A stretch of DNA of 64,000 nucleotides from Rhodocyclales bacterium (GCA_026399435.1 JAPLQX010000012.1:13499-77498); one strand, 5' to 3'; numbered from the stretch's first letter, positions 32,670-42,538 are shown. Notes: generated by a model from the sequence alone, not told the origin. Made by a program: numbers and translations.

Positions 32670-34112
32670 TCAGCCCTTGACGCAGATCAGGGGCGACAGG
32701 CGCGCCACCTTACGGGCCAGCCCTGCGTGGTCGGCGGCATCCACCACGGCCGTCACATCCTTGTAGGCCAATGGCGCCTCCTCGGCGACGCCGCGCGAAC
32801 TCGAACTGCGGATCAGGATTCCCCGCGCCGCCAGTTCGTCGACCACGGCGCGGCCATGCCAGCGGCGTGCGGCTTCGTGGCGGCTCATCGCGCGTCCCGC
32901 GCCGTGGCAGGCGGAGCCGAAGGCGTGCTCCCCCGCATTTCTTCCCGTTTCCGCGGCGCCGGCAAGCACATAGGAAGCCGTGCCCATGCTGCCGCCGATC
33001 AGCACCGGCTGCCCGGTTTGGGCGTATTCGCGCGGCAACTCGGCGTGCCCCGGCCCGAAGGCCCGCGTCGCACCCTTGCGATGGACGAACAGCCGGCGCT
33101 TGTGGCCGTCCACCGTGTGCGTCTCTTCCTTGCAGGTGTTGTGCGAGACGTCGTAGAACAGCGGCAGTCGCACGCCGGGAAAAACCTCGGCGAAGGCCTG
33201 CCGCGCCAGGTGGGTGAGGATCTGCCGGTTGGCCAGCGCGCAGTTGATGGCCGCGCGCATGGCGCCGAGATAGCGCTGGCCCAGTTCCGACTTCAGCGGC
33301 GCGCAGGCCAGTTCGCGGTCGGGTAGCGCGATGCCTGCCGCAGGCGCGGCCAGCACCATCTCGCGCAGAAAGTCGGTGCCGATCTGGTGCCCGAGACCGC
33401 GCGAGCCGCAATGGAGGCTGACCACGACGTCGCCAATCGCCAGGTCGTAGGCGCGGGCGGCGGCTTCGTCGAAGATTTCGCCGACTACCTGCACTTCGAG
33501 GTAGTGGTTGCCCGAACCCAGCGTGCCCATTTCGTCGCGCTGACGTTTCTTCGCCTGGTCCGACACCGCGCCGGGATCGGCGCCTTCGACACAGCCGAAT
33601 TCTTCGATGCGGGTGAGGTCGGCCTCCGAGCCGTAACCCTCCTTGACCGCCCAGCGCGCGCCGCCCCTGAGCATCGCTGCCATCCCGGCCGGATCAAGAT
33701 GGACGCCGCCGGTGCTGCCGATTCCGGCCGGGATGCGGGCAAACAGCCGATCGGCCAGGCGCGCCTTTTGCGCCTCGATGTCGGCGAGCTTCAGCCCCGT
33801 GTGCAGGCTGCGCACACCACAGGAAATGTCGAAGCCGACGCCGCCGGCCGAGACCACTCCGCCCTCGTCGGCATCGAAGGCGGCGACGCCGCCGATTGGA
33901 AAGCCGTAGCCCCAATGGGCGTCGGGCATGGCGTAGGAGGCCGTGACGATGCCCGGCAGCCCGGCGACGTTGGCGACCTGCTCGCGCACTTTCTCGTCCA
34001 TGCCTGTTATCAGTTCGCGCGAAGCGAAGATCACGCCCGGCACGCGCATGGCGCCGGCCCTGGGCAGCTCCCATTCGAATTCGCCGCGCTGCTTCAGATT
34101 TTTCAGGTCCAT
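32670..34112 (-). CDS. rtcB: RNA 2',3'-cyclic phosphate/5'-OH ligase RtcB (archaeal-like long form)
   Basis: MPDAHWGYGFPIG, DISCG, GSGNHY, HCGSRG, HN, HRKG, CHGAGR, EEAP.AYK; start at MDLKNL. Confidence 0.95.
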   Translation of the reverse strand: MDLKNLKQRGEFEWELPRAGAMRVPGVIFASRELITGMDEKVREQVANVAGLPGIVTASYAMPDAHWGYGFPIGGVAAFDADEGGVVSAGGVGFDISCGVRSLHTGLKLADIEAQKARLADRLFARIPAGIGSTGGVHLDPAGMAAMLRGGARWAVKEGYGSEADLTRIEEFGCVEGADPGAVSDQAKKRQRDEMGTLGSGNHYLEVQVVGEIFDEAAARAYDLAIGDVVVSLHCGSRGLGHQIGTDFLREMVLAAPAAGIALPDRELACAPLKSELGQRYLGAMRAAINCALANRQILTHLARQAFAEVFPGVRLPLFYDVSHNTCKEETHTVDGHKRRLFVHRKGATRAFGPGHAELPREYAQTGQPVLIGGSMGTASYVLAGAAETGRNAGEHAFGSACHGAGRAMSRHEAARRWHGRAVVDELAARGILIRSSSSRGVAEEAPLAYKDVTAVVDAADHAGLARKVARLSPLICVKG

Positions 34113-34119
34113 GCCGCCC

Positions 34120-34545
34120 TCACACGTCCACGACGCACTGCGCCAGCCACTGTCCGTCCGGAGCGTGCCGCACCGCCAATTCGCAGAATGATGCGCCCTT
34201 GACCTCGGCTGCGGGCTGGTGTTTCGCCACATCCACCGGCTCGCCCCAGGCGATGGCGCTCAAGTGATGGTCCTCGATAGTCACCTCGAAACGCGAGAAC
34301 AGCATGTGGCGCGTCGCCATCTCATAGACCAGAGCATTGAGCCAATCCACCAGCAGCATCTCTTCGTCCGGCGCCGTACAGTCGACGATCACCGCGTCGT
34401 GCGGCGCGATCCGCGCCGGATCGCAGATCGCGGCCGTCATGGCCGTGGCCGCGCCGGCGAAGGCTTCGGCCAGGGTAGCACCGCTGCCGCGCACCCCGAC
34501 GTCGGCCTCATGGGCGAATGTTTCCCAGCGGGTTCCCGGATTCAT
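34120..34545 (-). CDS. Archease
   Basis: HEADVG, DWLN.L.Y, EVKGA, C-terminal VVDV; directly upstream of rtcB. Confidence 0.92.
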   Translation of the reverse strand: MNPGTRWETFAHEADVGVRGSGATLAEAFAGAATAMTAAICDPARIAPHDAVIVDCTAPDEEMLLVDWLNALVYEMATRHMLFSRFEVTIEDHHLSAIAWGEPVDVAKHQPAAEVKGASFCELAVRHAPDGQWLAQCVVDV

Positions 34546-36269
34546 CGCCGCACCTGTGCCAGCAGGCGCCGCAACTCGGGCAGCGGTCGCGCGTTGAGCA
34601 CGTCCGCCGCGGCCAGCCAGCCGCGCCGCGCCTGGCCGATGCCCAGGCGCAGGTGGACGAAGTCGTCTGCGCTGTGTGCGTCCGAGTTGATCGCCACCAG
34701 AACGCCCTCCTCCTTCGCCATCATGCAGTGGCTGTCGAGCAGGTCGAGCCGTTCCGGGTGAGCATTGAGTTCGAGGAAGCAGCCGCGCTGCCGCGCCTGA
34801 CGGATGACGCGCAGCATGTCGACATCGTAGGGTGCGCGGCTCTCGATGACGCGGCCGGTAGGGTGCGCCAGCATGGTGAAGCAGGGGTTGTCCATCGCGC
34901 GCAGGATGCGCTCGGTCTGCCTTGCCCGCGGCAGGTCGAAGCGGCTGTGCACGGCACCGATGACGAGGTCGAGCCGGGCCAGAGAAGCATCGGGCAGGTC
35001 GAGGCTGCCGTCCTCCAGGATGTCCACCTCGATGCCCTTCAGGAGCATGATGCCGTCGAGCTTTTCGTTCAGGCGGTCAATCGCGTCGCACTGTTCGGCG
35101 AGACGACGCGGATCGAGGCCATGGGCCATGGCCAGCCGCCGCGAGTGCTCGGTGATGGCGAGGTAGGACAAACCCTGGGCTTTGGCCGCCAGCGCCATTT
35201 CCTCCAGCGTATGGTGGCCGTCGGTGGCCGTCGTGTGCGCATGCAGGTCGCCGCGCAGGTCGGCCAGCTGCACCAGCTGCGGCAGCCGGCCAGCACGCGC
35301 CGCCGCGATCTCGCCGCGGTCCTCGCGCAGTTCGGGTGCGATCCACGGTAGGCCGAGGGCACCATAGACGGACTCCTCGTCGGCGCCGGCGATGCGTTCG
35401 CGGCCGCGGAAGACGCCATACTCGTTGAGCTTGAGTCCCTGCTCCTGGGCAAGGCGGCGCAGTGCGATGTTGTGTGCCTTGGAACCCGTGAAATAGCACA
35501 GGGCCGCGCCATAAGCCGCTTTTTCGACGACGCGCAGGTCCACTTGCAGGCCGCATTTCAGCACCACGCTGGCGCGCGTCGGCCCGTGCGAGAGCACCTC
35601 GGCCGCCTCGTCGTAAGCGATGAAGCGCGCCATGACGGAACTGCCGGCCGCGGCAATGACCAGAATATCGAGGTCGCCTACGGTCTCGCGGCAGCGCCGG
35701 TAACTACCCGCCACCTCGACCCGGCTCACGCCGCTTGCACTGGCGAGCCAGGCCACCAGCGACTCGGCGTACTGCGCGGCGGTGATGAGCTTGATGCGCC
35801 GTACCTTGGACAGATGCGCCTCGACCGCCTGCAGGATATTGGCCTCGGTCTTCGCGCCGAAGCCCGGCAGGTCGCGAATGCGGCCATCGCGGGCGGCGCG
35901 CGCCAGTTGCTCCAGCGTCTGCACATCGAGTTCGTGCCAGAGCATGCGCACCCGTTTCGGCCCCAGCCCGGGCACATGCAGCAGCTCGGTGATTGCAGGC
36001 GGCAGCTCGGCATGCAGCTTGTCGAGCGCGCGGCATTTGCCCGTATCGACGATCTCGCGCAGCTTGCGCGCAAGGTCGTCGCCGATGCCGGGCAAGTCCG
36101 TCAGATCCTCGCCACGCTCCACCATGGCGCGTACTTCGCGGCCCAGTTCGCCGACGATGCGCGCGGCATTGCGGTAAGCGCGAATGCGAAACGGGTTGGC
36201 CTGCTGGAGATCCAGCAGGTCGGCGATTTCGGTGAAGATCGCGGCGATGTCGGCATTGTGAGTGGGCAT
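34542..36269 (-). CDS. polX: DNA polymerase X with PHP domain
   Basis: NPFR.RAY, GSYRR, catalytic GDLD and VDLR, FTGSK.HN, PHP motifs DLHAHT and SDAH. Confidence 0.95.
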   Translation of the reverse strand: MPTHNADIAAIFTEIADLLDLQQANPFRIRAYRNAARIVGELGREVRAMVERGEDLTDLPGIGDDLARKLREIVDTGKCRALDKLHAELPPAITELLHVPGLGPKRVRMLWHELDVQTLEQLARAARDGRIRDLPGFGAKTEANILQAVEAHLSKVRRIKLITAAQYAESLVAWLASASGVSRVEVAGSYRRCRETVGDLDILVIAAAGSSVMARFIAYDEAAEVLSHGPTRASVVLKCGLQVDLRVVEKAAYGAALCYFTGSKAHNIALRRLAQEQGLKLNEYGVFRGRERIAGADEESVYGALGLPWIAPELREDRGEIAAARAGRLPQLVQLADLRGDLHAHTTATDGHHTLEEMALAAKAQGLSYLAITEHSRRLAMAHGLDPRRLAEQCDAIDRLNEKLDGIMLLKGIEVDILEDGSLDLPDASLARLDLVIGAVHSRFDLPRARQTERILRAMDNPCFTMLAHPTGRVIESRAPYDVDMLRVIRQARQRGCFLELNAHPERLDLLDSHCMMAKEEGVLVAINSDAHSADDFVHLRLGIGQARRGWLAAADVLNARPLPELRRLLAQVRR

Positions 36270-36338
36270 GTCAGCCTCGTTACATTCCTGCCTGTCGATG
36301 CGACAGGGGGCCGGTCCGAATGGACGGCGGCCACCTGA

Positions 36339-36938
36339 TCAGCGCCGTCGCTGGTAGTACCCGATCAGTTCGGTACGAGCGAGGACGTGGCCTTGCATGG
36401 ACTTCTCCAGCGCCGCTTTGGTCGGCAGCTGCAGGTCCGGCAACACCACGTCCAGCGCAAAAAGCTTGTGCATATACCGATGCTTGCCGACGGGAGGGCA
36501 AGGTCCGCCGTAGCCGGTATGCTGCCAGTCGTTCAAGCCCTGCCGAATTCCCGGCGGCAGATCCTTGACCGCGACGCCTTCGGCGAGGCCCGCGGCGGCC
36601 GGTGGCAGGTTGTAGAGAACCCAGTGTACCCATGTCATTCTGGGTGCTACGGGGTCCGGGGCGTCCGGGTCATCGACGATCAGGGCGAGGCTTTTCGTGC
36701 CGGCAGGCAACCCCTTCCATGCGAGTTGCGGCGACAAATTCTGCCCCTCGCAGGTGAGCCGTGACGGGATCATGCCGTCGGGCATGAATGATCCCGAGTG
36801 GAGTACGAACGACATGGCGTTTTCTTTCCTGCTATCGAGGGACATCAAGCCTTCCGCTGCCACGGCGGAGAGGGCAACAAGGACAGCCAACAGACCGATC
36901 GTCCAGATATTGGCATCGCGGCAGGAACGGTGTTTCAT
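36339..36938 (-). CDS. YbhB/YbcL (PEBP/RKIP-like) protein
   Basis: DDPDAP, WVHW, YGGPCPP.G.HRY. Possible signal peptide from ATG 36938; alternative start 36815. Confidence 0.9.
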   Translation of the reverse strand: MKHRSCRDANIWTIGLLAVLVALSAVAAEGLMSLDSRKENAMSFVLHSGSFMPDGMIPSRLTCEGQNLSPQLAWKGLPAGTKSLALIVDDPDAPDPVAPRMTWVHWVLYNLPPAAAGLAEGVAVKDLPPGIRQGLNDWQHTGYGGPCPPVGKHRYMHKLFALDVVLPDLQLPTKAALEKSMQGHVLARTELIGYYQRRR

Positions 36939-37015
36939 GGCTTCACGATTCCGGCGAAACACAATTGCTACTGTACGAATGCAGGAGGCCCAAGCGGCCC
37001 GGGACCGGCAAAAGA

Positions 37016-37255
37016 CTAGTCGCGAGCCCCCGCCAGGGCTTCCACATCGGCTTCGGCCTGGAGCCAGTCCGACATTTCGTTTCCTGGAACAAAACCACGC
37101 TGCTCGGCGCGGAAATAAGCAGCCTCTGCGATCATCTGCTCGCGCGGGCAATCATAACCGGCAGAGGAGGACGGAGCGGACATGTTCGCTGCACTCGGCT
37201 GCCGCCCCGAACCATTGCCCTTGGTCTTGCTCACCGGCTCACTCCTGGTTTTCAT
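37016..37255 (-). CDS. DUF2934-domain protein
   Basis: MIAEAAYFRAEQRGF.PG....DWLQAE; SD GAGGAG. Confidence 0.85.
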   Translation of the reverse strand: MKTRSEPVSKTKGNGSGRQPSAANMSAPSSSAGYDCPREQMIAEAAYFRAEQRGFVPGNEMSDWLQAEADVEALAGARD

Positions 37256-37471
37256 CTTCTTCTCCTCAAATTTATGCGGTTGTCCGGAAATACTGGCTGG
37301 CAGCGAAAAGCAATAGTCACCTTCGTAAATCGGGAAGGGAGAACTCATTGGCCAAACTCCTGCAGCAACAGGCCTTCCTTCGCTGGCAGCGCCATCGGCT
37401 GACGGCAGGTGCGCTGCGTACCCGAATTTCCGTTGACAAACAGACTCCATCGCATCCCTTCCCGCGCAGGA

Positions 37472-37864
37472 CTACTCGCCATTCGCCGTTCCGGGTCGCT
37501 TGATATTGAGGAGAAATGTCTCCTGTCCGCCCCGCATGAGCCGGGACAGGCTGAGCTCGACTGCGAACCTTTGTCCGCCGGCATCGATCGCTTCAAATCT
37601 CCGCCATTCACCTTCTCCGCAGAGATAGACGAGGTATCTCGCGGCATAGCTCGGCGAACTCCCTCCGAGATGAAGGCCCGCAATGCAATCGGAAATCGGC
37701 CTCCCGATCAATCCAACCTGGCTCGCGCCAAGTATTCTTTCCCCTGCCGCGCCGCAACTGCGAATTCTGCCCATTCCGTCCAGAATCAAACTCCCGCACT
37801 CGTCTGCGTGCACAAGGCTTGCGGCGGCATGAAACATGTCAGTCTTCAATCCGTCTTGTTGCAT
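37472..37864 (-). CDS. Stand-alone PAS-domain protein
   Basis: LILDGMGRI...AGERILG...LIGRPI and G.RFAVELSLS PAS/PAC pattern. Confidence 0.65.
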   Translation of the reverse strand: MQQDGLKTDMFHAAASLVHADECGSLILDGMGRIRSCGAAGERILGASQVGLIGRPISDCIAGLHLGGSSPSYAARYLVYLCGEGEWRRFEAIDAGGQRFAVELSLSRLMRGGQETFLLNIKRPGTANGE

Positions 37865-37984
37865 CGCCACCCCGCCTTGTCCGATCATGATTTGGGCTTT
37901 CCCCAGAAACGTTTCGGCTGGTGCCGGAACGCAGGTAAACAAAGAGTCTCCGATTGAAAACATATTCGGCATAGGCGATAAAGG

Positions 37985-38029
37985 GAATACCGCAGTCGCC
38001 GTATTCTGAATACCGGGAAGCCGGTACTT
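37985..38029. promoter_or_regulatory. Tandem TAC-N10-GTA (NarL 7-2-7-like) sites
   Basis: gaaTAC-cgcagtcgcc-GTAttc and gaaTAC-cgggaagccg-GTActt, 23-bp period. Confidence 0.6.
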
Positions 38030-38189
38030 TTTTGTTGCCGCCTGCTGCAGCCAAGGACGGCTAGGTGCCGCCCAGCGGCATTTCCGCCGACTCGCCCAAT
38101 CTTCCATCCGGCGATCCCAACGAAAAACGCCCCAAGCAGGAGCGTCTTTTCAGGTTTGCCGACAGCGGTCAAGCCCGGCGATTTGGAAG

Positions 38190-38495
38190 CTATTGGCGGC
38201 GCGGTTCCCGACGACCCGGCGCCATCCGGCCTGGATAGAGGTCACGCCCCGCATCATGTACGTCACGACGCAGTTGGCGCCGCTCTTCGGGCGACAAACG
38301 ATTGCCGCCGCCGGGCGACATGGCATCGCGCGGGGAAAATTGCTCGGGCCGCTGTTCGGCAGGGATCGCGCGTTGCGGGCCGTCGCCATCCCGTCCCTGC
38401 GGCGGACGACGCGACTCTTGCGCCACTGCGCCCATAGCCAGAAGCCACATGGCACTCGCCATGCCTGCCCATCGCACCCTGCGTTTTGCCGTCAC
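38190..38495 (-). CDS. Small exported protein with RLSPEERRQLRRD motif
   Basis: GTG start after SD AAGGA, signal-like AVA-Q, low-complexity linker; divergent from ompR. Confidence 0.65.
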   Translation of the reverse strand: MTAKRRVRWAGMASAMWLLAMGAVAQESRRPPQGRDGDGPQRAIPAEQRPEQFSPRDAMSPGGGNRLSPEERRQLRRDVHDAGRDLYPGRMAPGRREPRRQ

Positions 38496-38514
38496 GGCCG
38501 CATCCTTAAAATCT

Positions 38515-38649
38515 TCAATGGAGGATATTGTAAACCTGCTGGCCGGCAACATGGCTGGCCGCCATCAGGTGATCAACGCCTGCCTGCGGTTCCGCACCCC
38601 ACAATGCCAGTCCTGCTGCAAGAGCCATGCTGAAGAATAGTCCTTTCAT
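38515..38649 (-). CDS. Small exported peptide (44 aa)
   Basis: SD GGAGG then MKGLFFSMALAAGLALWGAEPQAG... Confidence 0.5.
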   Translation of the reverse strand: MKGLFFSMALAAGLALWGAEPQAGVDHLMAASHVAGQQVYNILH

Positions 38650-38747
38650 GATTGCCTCCGATGTCCTGTTTTCGATCCAGTGCCTCTTTTCAGGCACGCT
38701 TGCATTCTCGACAGGGGCTGTAAGCCAAATGTTGCCGGCAGGACGGC

Positions 38748-38765
38748 TTTGTAATCGTTTGTAAA
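38748..38765. promoter_or_regulatory. OmpR/CpxR-type direct-repeat box
   Basis: tttgtaa repeated at a 10-bp period (GTAAT-N5-GTAAA) in the divergent promoter region of ompR. Confidence 0.55.
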
Positions 38766-38807
38766 GGCTGCTGGCGGGATGCTGGCGATCCGGCTAGGAT
38801 TCGCGCC

Positions 38808-39536
38808 ATGAACGATTTCAAAGCCAAAATTCTGGTCGTCGATGACGACCTTCGCCTGCGCCAGTTACTCGAGCGCTATCTCTCCGATCAGGGCTTCACA
38901 GTCAAGGCAGTACCCGACGCGCCGGGCATGGACCGCGCGCTGGAGCGCGAGCTTTACGACCTGATCGTGCTGGATCTCATGCTGCCGGGGGAAGATGGCC
39001 TCGCCATTTGTCGCCGGCTGCGCGGGGGAGCCAACCCGGTGAGCATCATCATGCTGACGGCCAAGGGCGACGAGGTCGATCGTATCGTCGGGCTTGAAAT
39101 CGGCGCCGATGATTACCTGCCGAAGCCCTTCAATCCGCGCGAACTGGTGGCGCGCATCCATGCCGTGCTGCGCCGCCGTGCTGCGCCACCGCCTCCCGGC
39201 GCACCGGCGATCAGCGAAGACAGTGTGAGTTTCGGCAAGGTGCGGATCAATCTGGCGACCCGCGAACTTGAACGCGAGGACGTGTCCACCCTGCTGACCA
39301 CGGGCGAATTCGGCCTGCTGCGCGTGCTGCTGGAGCATCCGCGCCAGCCGATGAGCCGTGACAAGCTGATGGAACTGGCGCGCGGCCGCGAATATGAGGT
39401 CTTCGATCGCGCCATCGATGTGCAGATTTCACGGCTGCGCAAGCTGGTCGAGGAAGACCCCGGCAAGCCGCGCTACATACAGACCGTGTGGGGCTTCGGT
39501 TACGTCTTTGTTCCCGACGGGAAAAAACACGAATGA
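38808..39536 (+). CDS. ompR: OmpR response regulator
   Basis: VVDDD, LDLMLPGEDG, DR.IDVQISRLR, YIQTVWG.GY. Confidence 0.93.
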   Translation: MNDFKAKILVVDDDLRLRQLLERYLSDQGFTVKAVPDAPGMDRALERELYDLIVLDLMLPGEDGLAICRRLRGGANPVSIIMLTAKGDEVDRIVGLEIGADDYLPKPFNPRELVARIHAVLRRRAAPPPPGAPAISEDSVSFGKVRINLATRELEREDVSTLLTTGEFGLLRVLLEHPRQPMSRDKLMELARGREYEVFDRAIDVQISRLRKLVEEDPGKPRYIQTVWGFGYVFVPDGKKHE

Positions 39537-39640
39537 TTCCATACGCATTGAAACCGATACTTTGTCGGCTTCGCCTTGCCGTGCCAAAGCACTGTCTGCG
39601 GCCCGCCTTCGCATCTCGCTTCCAATGCGGGCTGGAATGA
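39537..39640. mobile_element. 104-bp MITE-like insertion between ompR and envZ
   Basis: Imperfect terminal inverted repeats (ttcca..cgcattgraa / ttccaatgcg..tggaa); GAATGA present at both ends (39531-39536 and 39635-39640). Confidence 0.65.
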
Positions 39641-40998
39641 AGCTGCTGCCGCGCTCGCTGCTGTGGCGCACTTTCCTGCTCGTCGCCCTGCTGATGGTGC
39701 TTTCCGTCGCGGCATGGTTCGCCATCTTCAGAAGCTACGAGCGCGAACCGCGCGCCCGGCAACTGGCGCAGACCCTGGTCAGCGTTGTCAACCTGACGCG
39801 GGCAGCACTGATTTCCGCGCGTCCGGAGGCGCGCCACGAATTGTTGCGCGACTTGTCTGACCGCGAAGGGATCCACATTTACCCGGCCGATGCGGCGGAT
39901 CGGGTGGCTCCCCTGCCCGACCGGCCCTTCCTGCACCGGGTGGAAGAACTGGTCCAGCAACAGATGGGGCCGGAGACCCGCCTGAGCCTCGAGCGGGAAG
40001 GCGAACGGGCCTTGTTCGTCAACTTCCATATCGATGAAAGCGACGAAGGCGGCTTCTGGCTCGCCCTGCCCAGCGAACGCATCGAGCGCGTGTTTCCACT
40101 CGGCTGGCTGGGCTGGGGAGTGGCGGCGCTGCTGTTGTCGCTGGTAGGCGCCTGGCTGATCGTCTACCGCATTACCCGTCCGCTCAAAGCCTTGCAGCAG
40201 GCTGCGCGCAAAGTCGGCGCCGGCGAGACGCCGGCGCGGCTCGATGAGAGCGGCCCGACCGAACTGGCCACGGTCGCCAGTGCCTTCAACCAGATGAGCG
40301 CCGATCTGGCACAGCTCGACCAGGACCGCGCCCTGATTCTTGCCGGCATTTCACACGACCTGCGCACGCCGCTGACGCGCCTGCGCATGGGAATCGAAAT
40401 GTCGGCCGACGAAAGCCTGCGCGAAGGCATGACCGCCGACGTCGAGGAAATGGACAAGACCATCGGCCAGTTCCTCGACTTCGCCCGCTCGGAAGGCGGC
40501 GAAGCGCCGCAGGATGTCGATGTGGCTGCCCTGCTGGACGAACTTGCCACGCAGTACCGACGACGGGGATTCGATGTCGCCGTATCGCCAGCGCCAGCGC
40601 TCTGCATCCCTCCGGAAACTTTTGGCAACCCAGTGTCGGCGCGGCCGCAAGCACTGCGCCGTGCGATCAGCAACCTGATCGACAACGCGTTGCGCCATGC
40701 CGACAGCCAGTCGCCGGTCGAACTGGCCTTGAGTGCCGTCCTGGGCGAAATCAGCATCGAGGTACGCGACAGTGGGCCCGGAATTCCAGCCGAAGAGGTC
40801 GAGCGCGTGAAGCGTCCCTTCGCCCGGCTCGAAGCCGCCCGTACCAATGCTGCCGGCGCCGGACTGGGGCTGGCGATCGTCGATCGCGTCGCGCGCTCCC
40901 ACAATGGCCGCCTCGAACTGCTGCCGCGCGCCGGCGGCGGGCTGACTGCCCGACTGGTGCTGCCTGCGCCCGACCAAGCACCCACCCTTGCGTCATGA
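39637..40998 (+). CDS. envZ: EnvZ/RisS-like sensor histidine kinase
   Basis: MKLLPRSLLWR, two TM helices, HAMP, SHDLRTPL, GLGLAIV. Confidence 0.88.
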   Translation: MKLLPRSLLWRTFLLVALLMVLSVAAWFAIFRSYEREPRARQLAQTLVSVVNLTRAALISARPEARHELLRDLSDREGIHIYPADAADRVAPLPDRPFLHRVEELVQQQMGPETRLSLEREGERALFVNFHIDESDEGGFWLALPSERIERVFPLGWLGWGVAALLLSLVGAWLIVYRITRPLKALQQAARKVGAGETPARLDESGPTELATVASAFNQMSADLAQLDQDRALILAGISHDLRTPLTRLRMGIEMSADESLREGMTADVEEMDKTIGQFLDFARSEGGEAPQDVDVAALLDELATQYRRRGFDVAVSPAPALCIPPETFGNPVSARPQALRRAISNLIDNALRHADSQSPVELALSAVLGEISIEVRDSGPGIPAEEVERVKRPFARLEAARTNAAGAGLGLAIVDRVARSHNGRLELLPRAGGGLTARLVLPAPDQAPTLAS

Positions 40999-41396
40999 AC
41001 GATACGACCACACCCTTTTCCCGCATCGGCGGCGAGCCGGCCGTGCGCCAGTTGGTCAAGCGCTTCTACGAACTGATGGACACGCTGCCCGAGGCCTACG
41101 GCATCCGCAAGCTGCACGCCAGCGACCTTTCCGGCGCCGAAGAAAAGCTGTTCATGTTCCTGTGCGGCTGGCTCGGCGGCCCACAACTCTACGTCGAGAA
41201 ATTCGGCCACCCCAAGCTGCGCGCGCGCCATCTGCCTTTTCCGGTAGGCAGCGACGAAGCCGAACAGTGGATGCTGTGCATGCGCCAAGCCATGACCGAA
41301 GTCATCGCCGACGAAGCCTTGCGCTCAGCGCTGGACAAGTCGCTCAACGACCTCGCCTACCACATGCGCAATCGCAACGACCCGCCAAACGTTTAA
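40995..41396 (+). CDS. Group II truncated hemoglobin
   Basis: IGG...V..LV.RFY, FL.GWLGGP..Y, GHP.LRARH.PF; ATGA-coupled to the kinase. Confidence 0.9.
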   Translation: MNDTTTPFSRIGGEPAVRQLVKRFYELMDTLPEAYGIRKLHASDLSGAEEKLFMFLCGWLGGPQLYVEKFGHPKLRARHLPFPVGSDEAEQWMLCMRQAMTEVIADEALRSALDKSLNDLAYHMRNRNDPPNV

Positions 41397-42529
41397 AGAT
41401 CGCTGCTGGCCTGTTCCCGGCGCAAGGCCAGGGCATGACGGTGCCGCGCCATCAGGCGCGGGTCGGTGACGATGAGGCCGATGGTCTCGCCGATCACCAT
41501 CACCACCCCCAGCACCGGCAGCACCAGCATCAGGCCGGAGACGCCGGCCACGGCGCCGCCGATGAATATCATCAGCACCGTTACCAGTGGATGCAGTTCG
41601 AGGCTCTTGCCGATGGTCAGCGGCATATAGACGAAGTCGTCGAGCAGCCGCACCCCGACGAACAGGGCAATCGCCCAATAGGCCATTCCCGGCGCATCTG
41701 GAAAGTCGGTCGCGGCCACCAGCACCACCAGCAGGCCGCCGAGGATCGAGCCGACATAGGGCACCCAGGCCAGCACTGCGCAGATCAGCCCCAGCGCCAG
41801 CGGGCCAGGAATGCCCAGCGCCCACAAGCCGGCCGCGAGCGTCACCGTATCGAGCATGGTAAGGCTGATCAAACCCATGAAATAGGCGCGCGCGGTGCGA
41901 TCGATCTCGTGCAGCAGATACAAGGTCTTCTCGAAAAAAGCATTGGGCACCGCGGCGCTCAGGAAACGCTTGAAGCGGCGCCCGTCGCGCAGAAAGAAGA
42001 AGGCCAGAAACGGCGCCAGCATCAGCGAGGGCGCCCATGCCATGATGCCGATGGCGACCGGCTCCAGATGGTCGGCAACGCTGCCCGCGCCCTGCGCCAG
42101 TCGCGCCGCCACGGTATCCGCGAGACGTGCGCCGGCCAGCATCGGCCAATGGGCCTCGATACTGCGCAGTGAATTGTCGAGCAGTTGCAGGCCGCCCTGC
42201 ACATAACGACTCACGTTCTTGTCCGCCAGTTGCCCGGTCAGCCAGGGTGTCAGGGCGATACCGAGGAACAACAGCAGCGCCAGGAACCCCAGGGTGACCA
42301 GAGTTGACGCTGCGTCGCGGCTCATGCCGCGATATATCAGCAGCTTGACTGGTGGGTAGAGAAAGTAATACAGGATCAGCGCGAGCAGAAAAGGCACCAC
42401 CAGCCACAATATTTTCTGGAAGACCAGCAGCAGCAGGCACGTCGTGGCAATGATCGCAGCCCAGACCACGGGCCCGGAACCGTGGTGGCCCCGCTGTCCT
42501 GTCTCCGTCGACTCGATCGCTGCGCTCAC
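41393..42529 (-). CDS. AI-2E family transporter
   Basis: Multiple TM helices, VPYVG, LELHPL. Confidence 0.85.
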   Translation of the reverse strand: MSAAIESTETGQRGHHGSGPVVWAAIIATTCLLLLVFQKILWLVVPFLLALILYYFLYPPVKLLIYRGMSRDAASTLVTLGFLALLLFLGIALTPWLTGQLADKNVSRYVQGGLQLLDNSLRSIEAHWPMLAGARLADTVAARLAQGAGSVADHLEPVAIGIMAWAPSLMLAPFLAFFFLRDGRRFKRFLSAAVPNAFFEKTLYLLHEIDRTARAYFMGLISLTMLDTVTLAAGLWALGIPGPLALGLICAVLAWVPYVGSILGGLLVVLVAATDFPDAPGMAYWAIALFVGVRLLDDFVYMPLTIGKSLELHPLVTVLMIFIGGAVAGVSGLMLVLPVLGVVMVIGETIGLIVTDPRLMARHRHALALRREQASSDL

Positions 42530-42538
42530 GGACGGGTG

